64,000 nucleotides of DNA from a virus (IMGVR_UViG_3300027734_000050:1-64000); one strand, 5' to 3'; positions 16,572-23,978 are shown, counted from the stretch's first letter. Notes: generated by a model not told the origin, from the letters alone. Translations and numbers: made by a program.

Positions 16572-16645
16572 AGACTCTTAGTTCAATGGAAGAACGATAC
16601 CCTGACATGGTATAGAAACAAGTTCAATTCTTGTAGAGTCTACCA
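16572..16645 (+). tRNA. tRNA-Val (GAC)
   Basis: Perfect acceptor AGACTCT/AGAGTCT. Anticodon stem ATACC/GGTAT with loop CTGACAT. T-arm ACAAGTTCAATTCTTGT. ACCA end. Confidence 0.8.
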
Positions 16646-16730
16646 CTTGACAGGTATTGCGAATCCTGCTATAATTGTGGCATAGATAGAAAACATCTAT
16701 CCGTGCTCTTTAAAAATTTCGTAAGTTTTT

Positions 16731-16804
16731 GCCTCGTTAGTTTAATGGTAGAACTCCGTCTTTACACGGCGGTTGCGGCAGTTCAATTCTGTCACGAGGT
16801 ACCA
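16731..16804 (+). tRNA. tRNA-Val (TAC)
   Basis: Acceptor GCCTCGT/ACGAGGT. D-arm GTTTAATGGTAGAAC. Anticodon stem CCGTC/GGCGG with loop TTTACAC. T-arm GGCAGTTCAATTCTGTC. ACCA end. Confidence 0.8.
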
Positions 16805-16807
16805 AAT

Positions 16808-16885
16808 GTAGCGGTGGCGGAGAGGTCCAACGCAAGAGTCTGCAAAACTCTAACACCGTGAGTTCAAATCTCACCCGCTACTCCA
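16808..16885 (+). tRNA. tRNA-Cys (GCA)
   Basis: Perfect acceptor GTAGCGG/CCGCTAC. Discriminator U. Anticodon stem AGAGT/ACTCT with loop CTGCAAA. T-arm GTGAGTTCAAATCTCAC. CCA end. Confidence 0.7.
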
Positions 16886-17011
16886 TATATGAACACATTC
16901 ACGGTGGGGATACCAGCAACTGGACGCAGGGGCTATCCGAAAGAGCAGGCATGCTTACCGAAAGCTGGAGACGAGTGTGTTCTTATATGGACAGTTGGTC
17001 CAACAAAATAA

Positions 17012-17085
17012 CTCGGTATAGTGAAATGGTATCACCCGTGCTTTGGGAGCATGAAGCGGAAGTTCGATTCTTCCTACCGAGACCA
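17012..17085 (+). tRNA. tRNA-Pro (TGG)
   Basis: Perfect acceptor CTCGGTA/TACCGAG. D-stem GTGA/TCAC. Anticodon stem CGTGC/GCATG with loop TTTGGGA. T-arm GGAAGTTCGATTCTTCC. ACCA end. Confidence 0.75.
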
Positions 17086-17091
17086 AACAAC

Positions 17092-17178
17092 GCGACTGTG
17101 GCGAAATAGGTAGACGCCTCAGACTTAAAATCTGATGTCCGTAAGGGCGTACCGGTTCGATTCCGGTCAGTCGTACCA
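17092..17178 (+). tRNA. tRNA-Leu (TAA), type II
   Basis: Acceptor GCGACTG/CAGTCGT. D-arm GCGAAATAGGTAGACGC. Anticodon stem TCAGA/TCTGA with loop CTTAAAA. Long variable arm TGTCCGTAAGGGCGT. T-arm ACCGGTTCGATTCCGGT. ACCA end. Confidence 0.8.
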
Positions 17179-17180
17179 GA

Positions 17181-17255
17181 CTGGCGTTAGTATAATGGAT
17201 AATACAGCGGTCTTCTACACCGTGAATATGGGTTCGATTCCTGTACGCCGGACCA
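17181..17255 (+). tRNA. tRNA-Arg (TCT)
   Basis: Acceptor CTGGCGT/ACGCCGG. Anticodon stem GCGGT/ACCGT with loop CTTCTAC. T-loop GGGTTCGATTCC. ACCA end. Confidence 0.7.
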
Positions 17256-17263
17256 GAATATTG

Positions 17264-17354
17264 CCAGCGAGACTGGGTAGTCAGAGAGGTCTTATAAGCC
17301 TTTTAGCGCCAGATTAGCGTTCTTGAGAGAGTTCGAGTCTCTCCGCTGGTACCA
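17264..17354 (+). tRNA. tRNA, 91 nt type II-like, anticodon loop CTTATAA (TAT, Ile-AUA?) - identity uncertain
   Basis: Acceptor GCCAGCG/CGCTGGT. T-arm GAGAGTTCGAGTCTCTC. ACCA end. Candidate anticodon stem GAGGT/GCCTT. The long extra arm is poorly paired. Confidence 0.5.
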
Positions 17355-17365
17355 AACTGTAATGT

Positions 17366-17388
17366 GTAAGTGAGTAAGTAAGTAAAAT
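17366..17388. repeat. simple (GTAA)n-like repeat between tRNAs
   Basis: gtaagtgagtaagtaagtaaaat. Confidence 0.5.
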
Positions 17389-17462
17389 GTATCCATAGTG
17401 TAATGGCAGCATCGCGGTCTCCAAAACCGTCAGTCTAGGTTCGAGTCCTAGTGGGTACGCCA
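17389..17462 (+). tRNA. tRNA-Trp (CCA)
   Basis: Acceptor GTATCCA/TGGGTAC. Anticodon stem GCGGT/ACCGT with loop CTCCAAA. T-arm CTAGGTTCGAGTCCTAG. GCCA end. Confidence 0.75.
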
Positions 17463-17478
17463 ACAAAGAAAGTAAATC

Positions 17479-17961
17479 ATGAAAAAAATGGACCTAGAAA
17501 AAGTCAAAGCATTTATCCATGCACAAAGTCCTGAAACTTCTGTTTACCTGGGCTGCGATAGTGAAAGAGTTAAAGTAGATGGCGTATGGCATGCAGACTA
17601 TGCTCTAGCAGTGGTGGTGCATATCGATAGTTGCCATGGTTGCAAGATCTTTGGTGAAGTACACCGTGAACGCGACTGGGATCAACGCAGTGATAAACCT
17701 AGCATGCGACTGATGAACGAAGTTTACAAGGTGAGTGAACTGTTCCAAAAGATGGCAGATGTGTTAGAAGATCGACTGGTTGAAGTCCACTTGGACATTA
17801 ACCCTGATCAGATGCACAAGAGTTCTGTTGTGGTTAACCAAGCAATTGGATATATAAAGGGAACTTGTAATGTGATTCCAATGGTCAAGCCAAGAGCGTT
17901 TGCTGCTAGTTATGCAGCAGACAGACTAGATTGGGTGCTGAGCAATCGCAAAGCAGCCTAA
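17479..17961 (+). CDS. hypothetical protein (160 aa) embedded in the tRNA array
   Basis: ORF with RBS AAAGAAAGTAAATC upstream. No recognisable motif. Confidence 0.5.
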   Translation: MKKMDLEKVKAFIHAQSPETSVYLGCDSERVKVDGVWHADYALAVVVHIDSCHGCKIFGEVHRERDWDQRSDKPSMRLMNEVYKVSELFQKMADVLEDRLVEVHLDINPDQMHKSSVVVNQAIGYIKGTCNVIPMVKPRAFAASYAADRLDWVLSNRKAA

Positions 17962-18033
17962 CCCGGGCGGCGTGAAAGAGAGCCGTCAACAGCCCGTTTA
18001 GGGACGATTGGGTGAGAAGCCCATCCCAATACC

Positions 18034-18107
18034 GCGGGGTTCGTAAAATGGTATTACCTCATCCTTCCAAGTTGATGTCAGGAGTTCGATTCTCCTACCC
18101 CGCTCCA
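18034..18107 (+). tRNA. tRNA-Gly (TCC)
   Basis: Perfect acceptor GCGGGGT/ACCCCGC. Discriminator U. D-stem GTAA/TTAC. Anticodon loop CTTCCAA. T-arm AGGAGTTCGATTCTCCT. CCA end. Confidence 0.75.
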
Positions 18108-18367
18108 AGTCTATTTAGAATGTTAGAGGCACGAGTCCTGAGTCGTTGTGTGAATTCACTTTCGGTAAGAACGCCCTTGGCAAGATTGCACTTGCGGCAT
18201 GTGACTTGCAGATTGTTGTAAGTGGTTTCTCCACCCTGTGATTCAGGTATCACATGATCCATGTGGATTTCGGCACTGCTGAGATCTTCGTCACAATATA
18301 CACACCGAGGCCCATCTCGTTCAATGATTCGTTGGCGTAGGTTGCGTGGTATGTGTTGCTTCAACAT
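18095..18367 (-). CDS. HNH endonuclease (90 aa) inside the tRNA array
   Basis: CVYCDEDL...HMDHVIPESQGGETTYNNLQVTCRKCNLAKG is a canonical HNH with CxxC pairs. Its 3' end overlaps tRNA-Gly by about 13 nt. Confidence 0.7.
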   Translation of the reverse strand: MLKQHIPRNLRQRIIERDGPRCVYCDEDLSSAEIHMDHVIPESQGGETTYNNLQVTCRKCNLAKGVLTESEFTQRLRTRASNILNRLGAG

Positions 18368-18565
18368 CAGGAATATTTAAGATCAATCGGATCGGGCGAG
18401 TTAAAAACTCATTGACGATGGGCCCAACTGCAAGGGACCAAAAATTGAAACCAGTGCCTCTGACCCAACGAGGGAGATGATTAGTCATCATCATTACATG
18501 TGACTGGTGGGCTCCGGGTGTTGAACCTGACTGCCCTTAAACTCAAATGCAGTGCCCGATTTTGA

Positions 18566-18594
18566 TTGACTTGTATCGAGTTTAAATATATAAT
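18566..18594 (+). promoter_or_regulatory. consensus sigma70 promoter TTGACT-17-TATAAT upstream of tRNA-Ser(GCT)
   Basis: ttgacttgtatcgagtttaaatatataat. An almost identical module is found at 20427-20455. Confidence 0.6.
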
Positions 18595-18603
18595 AACAAC
18601 ATA

Positions 18604-18694
18604 GTGAGTTGGATGAGTGGCTTAAATCAACACCCTGCTAAGGTGTCGTCTCCAGTAATGGGGGCCGTGGGTTCAAATCCCACACTCACTGCCA
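18604..18694 (+). tRNA. tRNA-Ser (GCT), type II
   Basis: Perfect acceptor AGTGAGT/ACTCACT. Discriminator G. Anticodon stem ACACC/GGTGT with loop CTGCTAA. Long variable arm. T-arm GTGGGTTCAAATCCCAC. CCA end. Confidence 0.8.
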
Positions 18695-18710
18695 AACAAA
18701 TAGCACAAAA

Positions 18711-19403
18711 ATGAAATTAGTTTTTTGTTTTCCTGGCCAATCATTCAGCAAGAACTGGATGGCAGCGTGGAATGACACCATACGCTGGCTTTATCGAAAC
18801 AACATAGAATATGTGACAATAAATGCATATTCGCCAGTGATCTACAACTGTAGAAACATGCTGTTGGGGGCTACCGGTAATCCACCTAGAACTTTCCGAC
18901 CATTCAACGGCGTGCTAGATTACGATTGGATCATCTGGATTGACAACGATAACATCTGGACACCCGAGGATCTTGAACGACTGATCAGTGTTCCTGAACA
19001 CCAGATCGTCACTGGATTCTATATACAGCATGACAACCGAACTTATGCACAGGCTGTGTTCCACAGTGATAGTAAAACCGATTTGCTGTGGTTACCACGA
19101 GAGATGGTGCATGTAAATGGATATAGATTCCAGTTGGCTGCCTCAGGAATGGGATTCATGGCTGTGCAAAAAGGTGTGTTTGAATCCATGGAATGTCCGT
19201 TCTTCCGACCCGTTGAATACGAAATCAAAGATGATACAACTGCATTCTTATCAGAGGACACAGGCTTCTGCCACAGGGCAATAAACGCAGGATACCAAGT
19301 ATGGGCAGATCCCGGCATACAGGTCAAACATGAGAAGGCCTGGTTGTTAAGCGGTGACAGCGATCACGGCATCAAGCCCGAGAATGTTGTGTTAAATAGA
19401 TAA
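18711..19403 (+). CDS. putative GT-A-fold glycosyltransferase (DxD-type)
   Basis: WIDNDNIW has a DxD-like motif after a beta-strand. SEDTGFC is also present. 230 aa. The functional call is weak. Confidence 0.3.
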   Translation: MKLVFCFPGQSFSKNWMAAWNDTIRWLYRNNIEYVTINAYSPVIYNCRNMLLGATGNPPRTFRPFNGVLDYDWIIWIDNDNIWTPEDLERLISVPEHQIVTGFYIQHDNRTYAQAVFHSDSKTDLLWLPREMVHVNGYRFQLAASGMGFMAVQKGVFESMECPFFRPVEYEIKDDTTAFLSEDTGFCHRAINAGYQVWADPGIQVKHEKAWLLSGDSDHGIKPENVVLNR

Positions 19404-20446
19404 TGCAACCGCCCAAGTTCCTGTTCTTAGATATCAACCTACAATGCAATCTCAAATGCAAGACCTGCATGTATTGGACACGAGAAGAAGTTGTATTACC
19501 CACACACATATCTATCGAACAACGCAGTGATATCATTGCAGAGTTTGCTACACTGAATCCCCAAGGGGCTGTGGTGATCTGTGGTGGCGAAGCACTGATG
19601 AATCCTGAAAGGTATTGGCCTATAACAAGACAATGCCGTTCATTAGGACTAAGATGTTTGAGCGTGATGAATGGCACTATGGTCACAGATCTGTCGTTCG
19701 CTAAGAAATTGATAACGGAAGGCCCAAGCGAAATAACAATATCCTTGAACAGTTATATCCCAGAGGTGCATGATTCCACCCGTGGAGTCGCAGGATCATT
19801 TGACATGGCAGTGAATGCCATCCGGTTGTTGTTGCAGGCAAGAAAAGAATTAAACAGCAACACACCCATCTACGCCATGTCAGTGATGTGCGAACAGAAC
19901 TATCGAGACCTAGATCAGTTCTACGACTTTGTGTTGAATGATCTAAAGGCAGACAAGTTAAAGTTAAACTGGTTACAGCCCACATTTGGCACATTGCTGG
20001 ATCGTAATGGTGATCCACGGCCAGACAAGTTCTACGACAACAATGTGATCCGTGATCATGAAGCATTGTTTGAGATCTTGAATCACTGCACAGAGAAATA
20101 CCAGTTGAATCTGGATCCCGAATACATAGAAACAGTTCGCAAGTATCATCGCAGTGTGTTCAAGAATGCGGATGCAGTCACAGGCTGGGATGGTGACGGC
20201 ACAGAAGATGCCATATGCAACAGTTTCGATCGCAACATCATGGTCAATATGGACGGTGTTGCCCGACTGTGTTTTTCAGATCAGTTCCCTAGTTTCAAGA
20301 TTAGCAGGCCCGGTGATCTCGCACATTTGTGGCACAGTGCCGAACCAGTGAGAAATCTCATGAGACCGTGCAGACAGTATTGCGGAATCAGTCACAGCGT
20401 AAGGCGAGTCAATGCTACTAAGAAGATTGACATCTATCAAGTTTGA
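19403..20446 (+). CDS. radical SAM protein (SPASM/twitch-like, AnSME/PqqE-like)
   Basis: CNLKCKTC is a CxxxCxxC motif at residues 15-22. VICGGEALMNP is present. There are C-terminal Cys residues. Confidence 0.6.
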   Translation: MQPPKFLFLDINLQCNLKCKTCMYWTREEVVLPTHISIEQRSDIIAEFATLNPQGAVVICGGEALMNPERYWPITRQCRSLGLRCLSVMNGTMVTDLSFAKKLITEGPSEITISLNSYIPEVHDSTRGVAGSFDMAVNAIRLLLQARKELNSNTPIYAMSVMCEQNYRDLDQFYDFVLNDLKADKLKLNWLQPTFGTLLDRNGDPRPDKFYDNNVIRDHEALFEILNHCTEKYQLNLDPEYIETVRKYHRSVFKNADAVTGWDGDGTEDAICNSFDRNIMVNMDGVARLCFSDQFPSFKISRPGDLAHLWHSAEPVRNLMRPCRQYCGISHSVRRVNATKKIDIYQV

Positions 20447-20455
20447 ATATATAAT
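20427..20455 (+). promoter_or_regulatory. perfect-consensus sigma70 promoter TTGACA-17-TATAAT upstream of tRNA-Gly(GCC)
   Basis: ttgacatctatcaagtttgaatatataat followed by aacaacata, as at 18566. Confidence 0.6.
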
Positions 20456-20465
20456 AACAACATAA

Positions 20466-20540
20466 GCGGGCATGGTGCTAGTGGTAACACATAACTTTGC
20501 CAAAGTTAAGTTACGAGTTCGATTCTCGTTGCCCGCTCCA
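20466..20540 (+). tRNA. tRNA-Gly (GCC)
   Basis: Perfect acceptor GCGGGCA/TGCCCGC. Discriminator U. Anticodon stem TAACT/AGTTA with loop TTGCCAA. T-arm ACGAGTTCGATTCTCGT. CCA end. Confidence 0.8.
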
Positions 20541-20689
20541 TCAACAGCGGATAAGTTACATTATCCAGTATGAGTCACTAAGGTAGGTACCTAATCCTTA
20601 GGGCAAGTAACAGTATCAAAATGCGATGTAACAGGTGAGTAGTGATCTACTTCATAGGGGATACCTCAAAAATGTTCTCCACCAATTCT

Positions 20690-20777
20690 GGAAGTGTGGT
20701 AGAGAGGTCTATTACAGCAGTCTTGAAAACTGCCGGGTCGAAAGGCTCCGTGAGTTCGAATCTCACCGCTTCCGCCA
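20690..20777 (+). tRNA. tRNA-Ser (TGA), type II
   Basis: Acceptor GGAAGTG/CGCTTCC, close to E. coli tRNA-Ser. Discriminator G. Anticodon stem GCAGT/ACTGC with loop CTTGAAA. Long variable arm. T-arm GTGAGTTCGAATCTCAC. CCA end. Confidence 0.8.
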
Positions 20778-20832
20778 ACAACACGGCTCTGCCCTGTGCT
20801 CTTTGTCAAATCACAGCAGGGTTCTTTTACAT

Positions 20833-20907
20833 CGGCCTTTGGTGAAATGGATATCATACTGGGCTTCGAACCCAGTGGTGGGAGTTCGATCCTCTCAGGG
20901 CCGGCCA
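20833..20907 (+). tRNA. tRNA-Arg (TCG)
   Basis: Acceptor CGGCCTT/AGGGCCG. Anticodon stem CTGGG/CCCAG with loop CTTCGAA. T-arm GGGAGTTCGATCCTCTC. GCCA end. Confidence 0.7.
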
Positions 20908-20912
20908 AACTG

Positions 20913-20987
20913 CTCCGTGTAGTTCAAAGGATAGAACGAGGTCCTCCTAAGACTTAAATATCAGTTCAATTCTGGTCGCGGAGACCA
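20913..20987 (+). tRNA. tRNA-Arg (CCT)
   Basis: Acceptor CTCCGTG/CGCGGAG. D-stem GTTC/GAAC. Anticodon stem AGGTC/GACTT with loop CTCCTAA. T-arm ATCAGTTCAATTCTGGT. ACCA end. Confidence 0.7.
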
Positions 20988-20991
20988 ACAT

Positions 20992-21065
20992 GCTCCTATA
21001 GTTAAATGGCAGAACACATCCTTGGTAAGGATGAGATACAAGTTCGATTCTTGTTAGGAGCACCA
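20992..21065 (+). tRNA. tRNA-Thr (GGT)
   Basis: Perfect acceptor GCTCCTA/TAGGAGC. Anticodon stem CATCC/GGATG with loop TTGGTAA. T-arm ACAAGTTCGATTCTTGT. ACCA end. Confidence 0.8.
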
Positions 21066-21299
21066 ACAATAAGGAGACCATATGTTCGTAGGATTGATGG
21101 GGGTTGACAATGATGGTAAAACCATGTACACTCCCAGTGGTAACAAGATATTTTTCACACTGCCCTGGGGACTAGCGTGGCGTGTGCAAGAGATACAACA
21201 TTGGATCGCTCGGAAGACTTGGCGATAAATAAGAGTTAGCACTATAGAAGATTAGATAATATCAAATCTCAGGGCTGGTACACCACATGCAACCTCTCC

Positions 21300-21401
21300 G
21301 AGAAGTGGCATGGTTAGACCGTATAGTGTTGAAAGTTATTGCTGTATGAAGCAAAGAGAAAAGTGTTCTGGACGCGGGTTCGACTCCCGCCAGGTCCACC
21401 A
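21300..21401 (+). ncRNA. ssrA: tmRNA acceptor piece (T-arm, 3' acceptor strand and CCA) of a circularly permuted two-piece ssrA gene; 5' boundary uncertain
   Basis: ggacgcgggttcgactcccgccaggtccacca is almost identical to the 3' end of E. coli tmRNA (GGACGCGGGTTCAACTCCCGCCAGCTCCACCA). It lies upstream of the matching 5' acceptor strand, not downstream. Confidence 0.7.
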
Positions 21402-21486
21402 CAAGCATATTGCGGTGTGTATTCGAAAGACCGATCACCTTGGCGTTTCGATGTTTTCGCAAGTGATTTTACAATATGCTTTTGAT
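21402..21486 (+). other. tmRNA intervening segment closed by the inverted repeat aagcatattg / caatatgctt
   Basis: Arms at 21403-21412 and about 21468-21477 bring the CCA end and the GGGCCTG 5' end together. This arrangement is typical of permuted ssrA precursors. Confidence 0.55.
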
Positions 21487-21694
21487 GGGCCTGACATTGG
21501 TTTCGACAGGGCAAAGAGTAACAGAGTGGACAGCTCGGGAAAGCAGAACCCGTAGGGTTGGGGAGACTCGGCCGTAGAAGCAAAAAACGTAAATGCAAAC
21601 GACGAACAGTTCGCTTTAGCAGCCTAAACACTGCTTAGGGTAGGAAATACCTCGTAACAGAAATCACCAAACCCGCTTCGGCGGGTTTTTTTTT
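21487..21694 (+). ncRNA. ssrA: tmRNA coding piece: 5' acceptor strand GGGCCTG, tag ORF gca aac gac gaa cag ttc gct tta gca gcc taa (ANDEQFALAA), terminator
   Basis: gggcctgacattggtttcgacaggg parallels E. coli GGGGCTGATTCTGGATTCGACGGG. Acceptor pairing 1-7/66-72 retains G3:U70 and has a compensatory C4:G69. The tag reading frame is at 21595-21627. A rho-independent terminator lies at 21669-21694. Confidence 0.7.
21669..21694 (+). terminator. rho-independent terminator (aaacccgc-ttcg-gcgggttt followed by a T9 run)
   Basis: Perfect 8-bp GC-rich stem, tetraloop and T-run. It is followed immediately by promoter TTGACA-17-TATACT at 21697-21725. Confidence 0.8.
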
Positions 21695-21748
21695 GATTGA
21701 CACACCCGGGCTTTTCGTGTATACTGACATTTTTAACCAAGGAGTCTT

Positions 21749-22606
21749 ATGTTTCTCATTATCGTAGGTTTTGTTATTGGTCTGATCATCGCGGGTGCTA
21801 TCGCATTCATTTCTGATTTCAAACAAATTGGTGCAGCAATCGCAGCAGGTATGGCTACTGTTTTGTTGTTCGTTGGTGTAGCCAGTTTCACCGTGATATC
21901 AGCAGGTCATACTGGTGTGCAGGTCACATTCGGTGAGGTCAATCCGCAACCTTTAACTGAAGGTGTGCATATGGTCAATCCTATCAGCAGCATTGCTGAT
22001 GTGGATGTTCGACTACAGAAAGCTGAACTCAAAGGTGCCAACGCAGGAACCAAAGACCTGCAGGTTGTGCATACTGACATCGTAGTAAACTATCGTCTGG
22101 ACCCACTCAAGGTTCCACACATCTTCAAAGAGTATGGACTCAATGTTGACGAAAAGGTTCTTGGCCCTGGTATCAACGAAGCGTTCAAATCAGTAACTGG
22201 CCACTATACCAGTGAAGAATTGGTTACCAAGCGTGATTTGGTCAGTCAAGAGATCCTGCAACACTTGGTCACTAAGATGGCTCCGTTCAATATTACTGTG
22301 AGCAACATCAGCCTGGTGAATTTTGGATTCAGTCAAGCATATCAACAAGCCATTGAAGACAAGGTGATCTCTGCACAGAAAACTGCCAAGGCACAACAAG
22401 ACCTTGAGCGTATCAAAGTTGAGGCTGCAAGTCGTATTGCTCAAGCCGAAGGTGAAGCCAAGGCCATTGCTATCCAAGCCAGTGCTATCCAAAGCAACGG
22501 TGGTGCAAACTATGTGCAACTGCAATGGATCGAAAAATGGGATGGTAAGTTGCCTGCTACTGTGGTAGGTGCTGATAGCAAGACATTGATGAATATCAGC
22601 AAGTAA
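21749..22606 (+). CDS. SPFH/band-7 (prohibitin/HflK/C-like) membrane protein
   Basis: N-terminal TM helix, then an SPFH core, then an Ala/Gln/Glu-rich coiled coil (AQQDLERIKVEAASRIAQAEGEAKAIA). RBS AAGGAG present. Confidence 0.7.
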   Translation: MFLIIVGFVIGLIIAGAIAFISDFKQIGAAIAAGMATVLLFVGVASFTVISAGHTGVQVTFGEVNPQPLTEGVHMVNPISSIADVDVRLQKAELKGANAGTKDLQVVHTDIVVNYRLDPLKVPHIFKEYGLNVDEKVLGPGINEAFKSVTGHYTSEELVTKRDLVSQEILQHLVTKMAPFNITVSNISLVNFGFSQAYQQAIEDKVISAQKTAKAQQDLERIKVEAASRIAQAEGEAKAIAIQASAIQSNGGANYVQLQWIEKWDGKLPATVVGADSKTLMNISK

Positions 22607-22621
22607 CATTCTTGCTGGTCA

Positions 22622-22645
22622 GGGCCCTTCGGGGCCCTTTTTCTT
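22622..22645 (+). terminator. rho-independent terminator (gggccc-ttcg-gggccc followed by T-run)
   Basis: Perfect hairpin followed by tttttcttt. Confidence 0.75.
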
Positions 22646-22657
22646 TAAATATATTAT

Positions 22658-23650
22658 ATGATAAACTGGCCCATTGAAATAACAGAAAACAAATACAGTC
22701 GTTGGTATGAGCAACTGATCAACAAATCTCGCGACAGAGAACCTATCATTGGTTATACAGAAAAGCATCATGTGATTCCCCGCAGTCTCGGTGGAGACAA
22801 CACTAAACAAAATCTAGTCAATCTCACTGCCAGGGAACACTATGTGGCGCATGCACTTCTATGGAAGATGAAACTTCCAGGGGTTGCTGGAAGTAAGATG
22901 GCATTTGCTTTTAACACTTTTATAAGTAGGATGCATGTGAATGATGAGCATTCTTACACCATAAGCAGTAGAATATACGAATCGTTTAGAATTCACTATG
23001 CCAATATTTTAAGATCAACAATGACGGGGTCGGGCAATCACTTCTATGGAAAAAAACACTCAGAAGAGACTAGGCGAATCATTGGAGAAAAAAGCAAACT
23101 CAAAGAGTTTAAACGCGGACCGGATAATCCTAACTGGGGCAAGAAGCAGAATGTTAGCCTAGAGGGCAAGGCCAGAAAACTTGCCGCTCATAAAAAACAC
23201 TGGGCCGATCCCAGTTGGAAAGAGCAGGTATTAGCCAAAAGAGAAAAAGTTAGTAAACAACCCGAAGTGGTTGCCAAAAGAAAAGCAGCCGCAGATGCAA
23301 AAAGGGGTGTAAAACGAGACCCTGCTCACACAGAAAAAATGAGAGCGGCGGCATCGGCACGAAAAGGTAAAAGTTGGAAAGAAATATATACTCCTGAGCA
23401 AATTATACGACTGCAAGAAGGAAGGAAGAATAGAGTTCTAACACCTGAAGCAAAAGCGAAGATGTGGTTTAAAGGAAAAGGCAAAGGAATCCCTAAAGTA
23501 AAACATCCATGTCCGCATTGTGGAAAACTATGTGCAGGGAATATGCTAGCCAAGTGGCACGGTGATAATTGTAAATCACTCAGTAGTAACACTGACTCAC
23601 AATCCAGATTGTCTTTAGGAATCTTGTGTTACAATCGTGATACATACTAG
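22658..23650 (+). CDS. HNH homing endonuclease with NUMOD3-like DNA-binding repeats (I-HmuI-like)
   Basis: HHVIPRSLGGDNTKQNLVNLTAREH is an HNH core. It is followed by repeated GKKHSEETRR / GKSWKE NUMOD-like segments and a C-terminal CPHCGKLC zinc finger. Confidence 0.7.
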   Translation: MINWPIEITENKYSRWYEQLINKSRDREPIIGYTEKHHVIPRSLGGDNTKQNLVNLTAREHYVAHALLWKMKLPGVAGSKMAFAFNTFISRMHVNDEHSYTISSRIYESFRIHYANILRSTMTGSGNHFYGKKHSEETRRIIGEKSKLKEFKRGPDNPNWGKKQNVSLEGKARKLAAHKKHWADPSWKEQVLAKREKVSKQPEVVAKRKAAADAKRGVKRDPAHTEKMRAAASARKGKSWKEIYTPEQIIRLQEGRKNRVLTPEAKAKMWFKGKGKGIPKVKHPCPHCGKLCAGNMLAKWHGDNCKSLSSNTDSQSRLSLGILCYNRDTY

Positions 23651-23762
23651 GACAGTATGTCATTCTAACCAAGGAGAAAATTATGAAATGGACTGCACCA
23701 CAAGCAAGCGATATGCGTTTTGGATTTGAAATCACTATGTACATCGCCAATCGCTAATCCAA

Positions 23763-23824
23763 ACAAGCCCACTTTGGTGGGCTTTCTCTTGACTATTTTT
23801 TCTATTGGTGTATAATTGTGACAT
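23763..23824 (+). promoter_or_regulatory. terminator-promoter module: aagcccactttggtgggctttctcTTGACT-16-TATAAT
   Basis: Hairpin agcccac/gtgggct at 23766-23783 runs into the -35 TTGACT. The same module recurs at 25046-25099. Confidence 0.55.
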
Positions 23825-23978
23825 AAATAATTTTAGCAACGCCGGCAGGGGCCGACGTCGGACTCAACTTGACGCCTGGGGTAGAGAAACCCTTTTACCA
23901 TAGTGATACTCATGGAACGCCATCCGTAATGCGGAACTCTTCCGCAGCTAAAATTTTTATACTTTTAGGAAAATTTTA

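Noticed and set aside
16858-17109. ORF 16858-17109 (+, 83 aa)
   Set aside because: Entirely covered by tRNA-Cys, spacer and tRNA-Pro. Spurious.
21262-21631. ORFs 21262-21462(-), 21310-21555(+) and 21314-21631(-)
   Set aside because: They sit on top of the tmRNA acceptor and coding pieces. The tmRNA homology, which extends nearly base by base, explains the region.
21300-21694. Standard one-piece tmRNA interpretation
   Set aside because: The T-arm and CCA end (21401) lie upstream of the 5' acceptor strand (21487) and tag ORF (21595). No second T-arm/CCA follows the tag before the terminator. Only a permuted arrangement fits.
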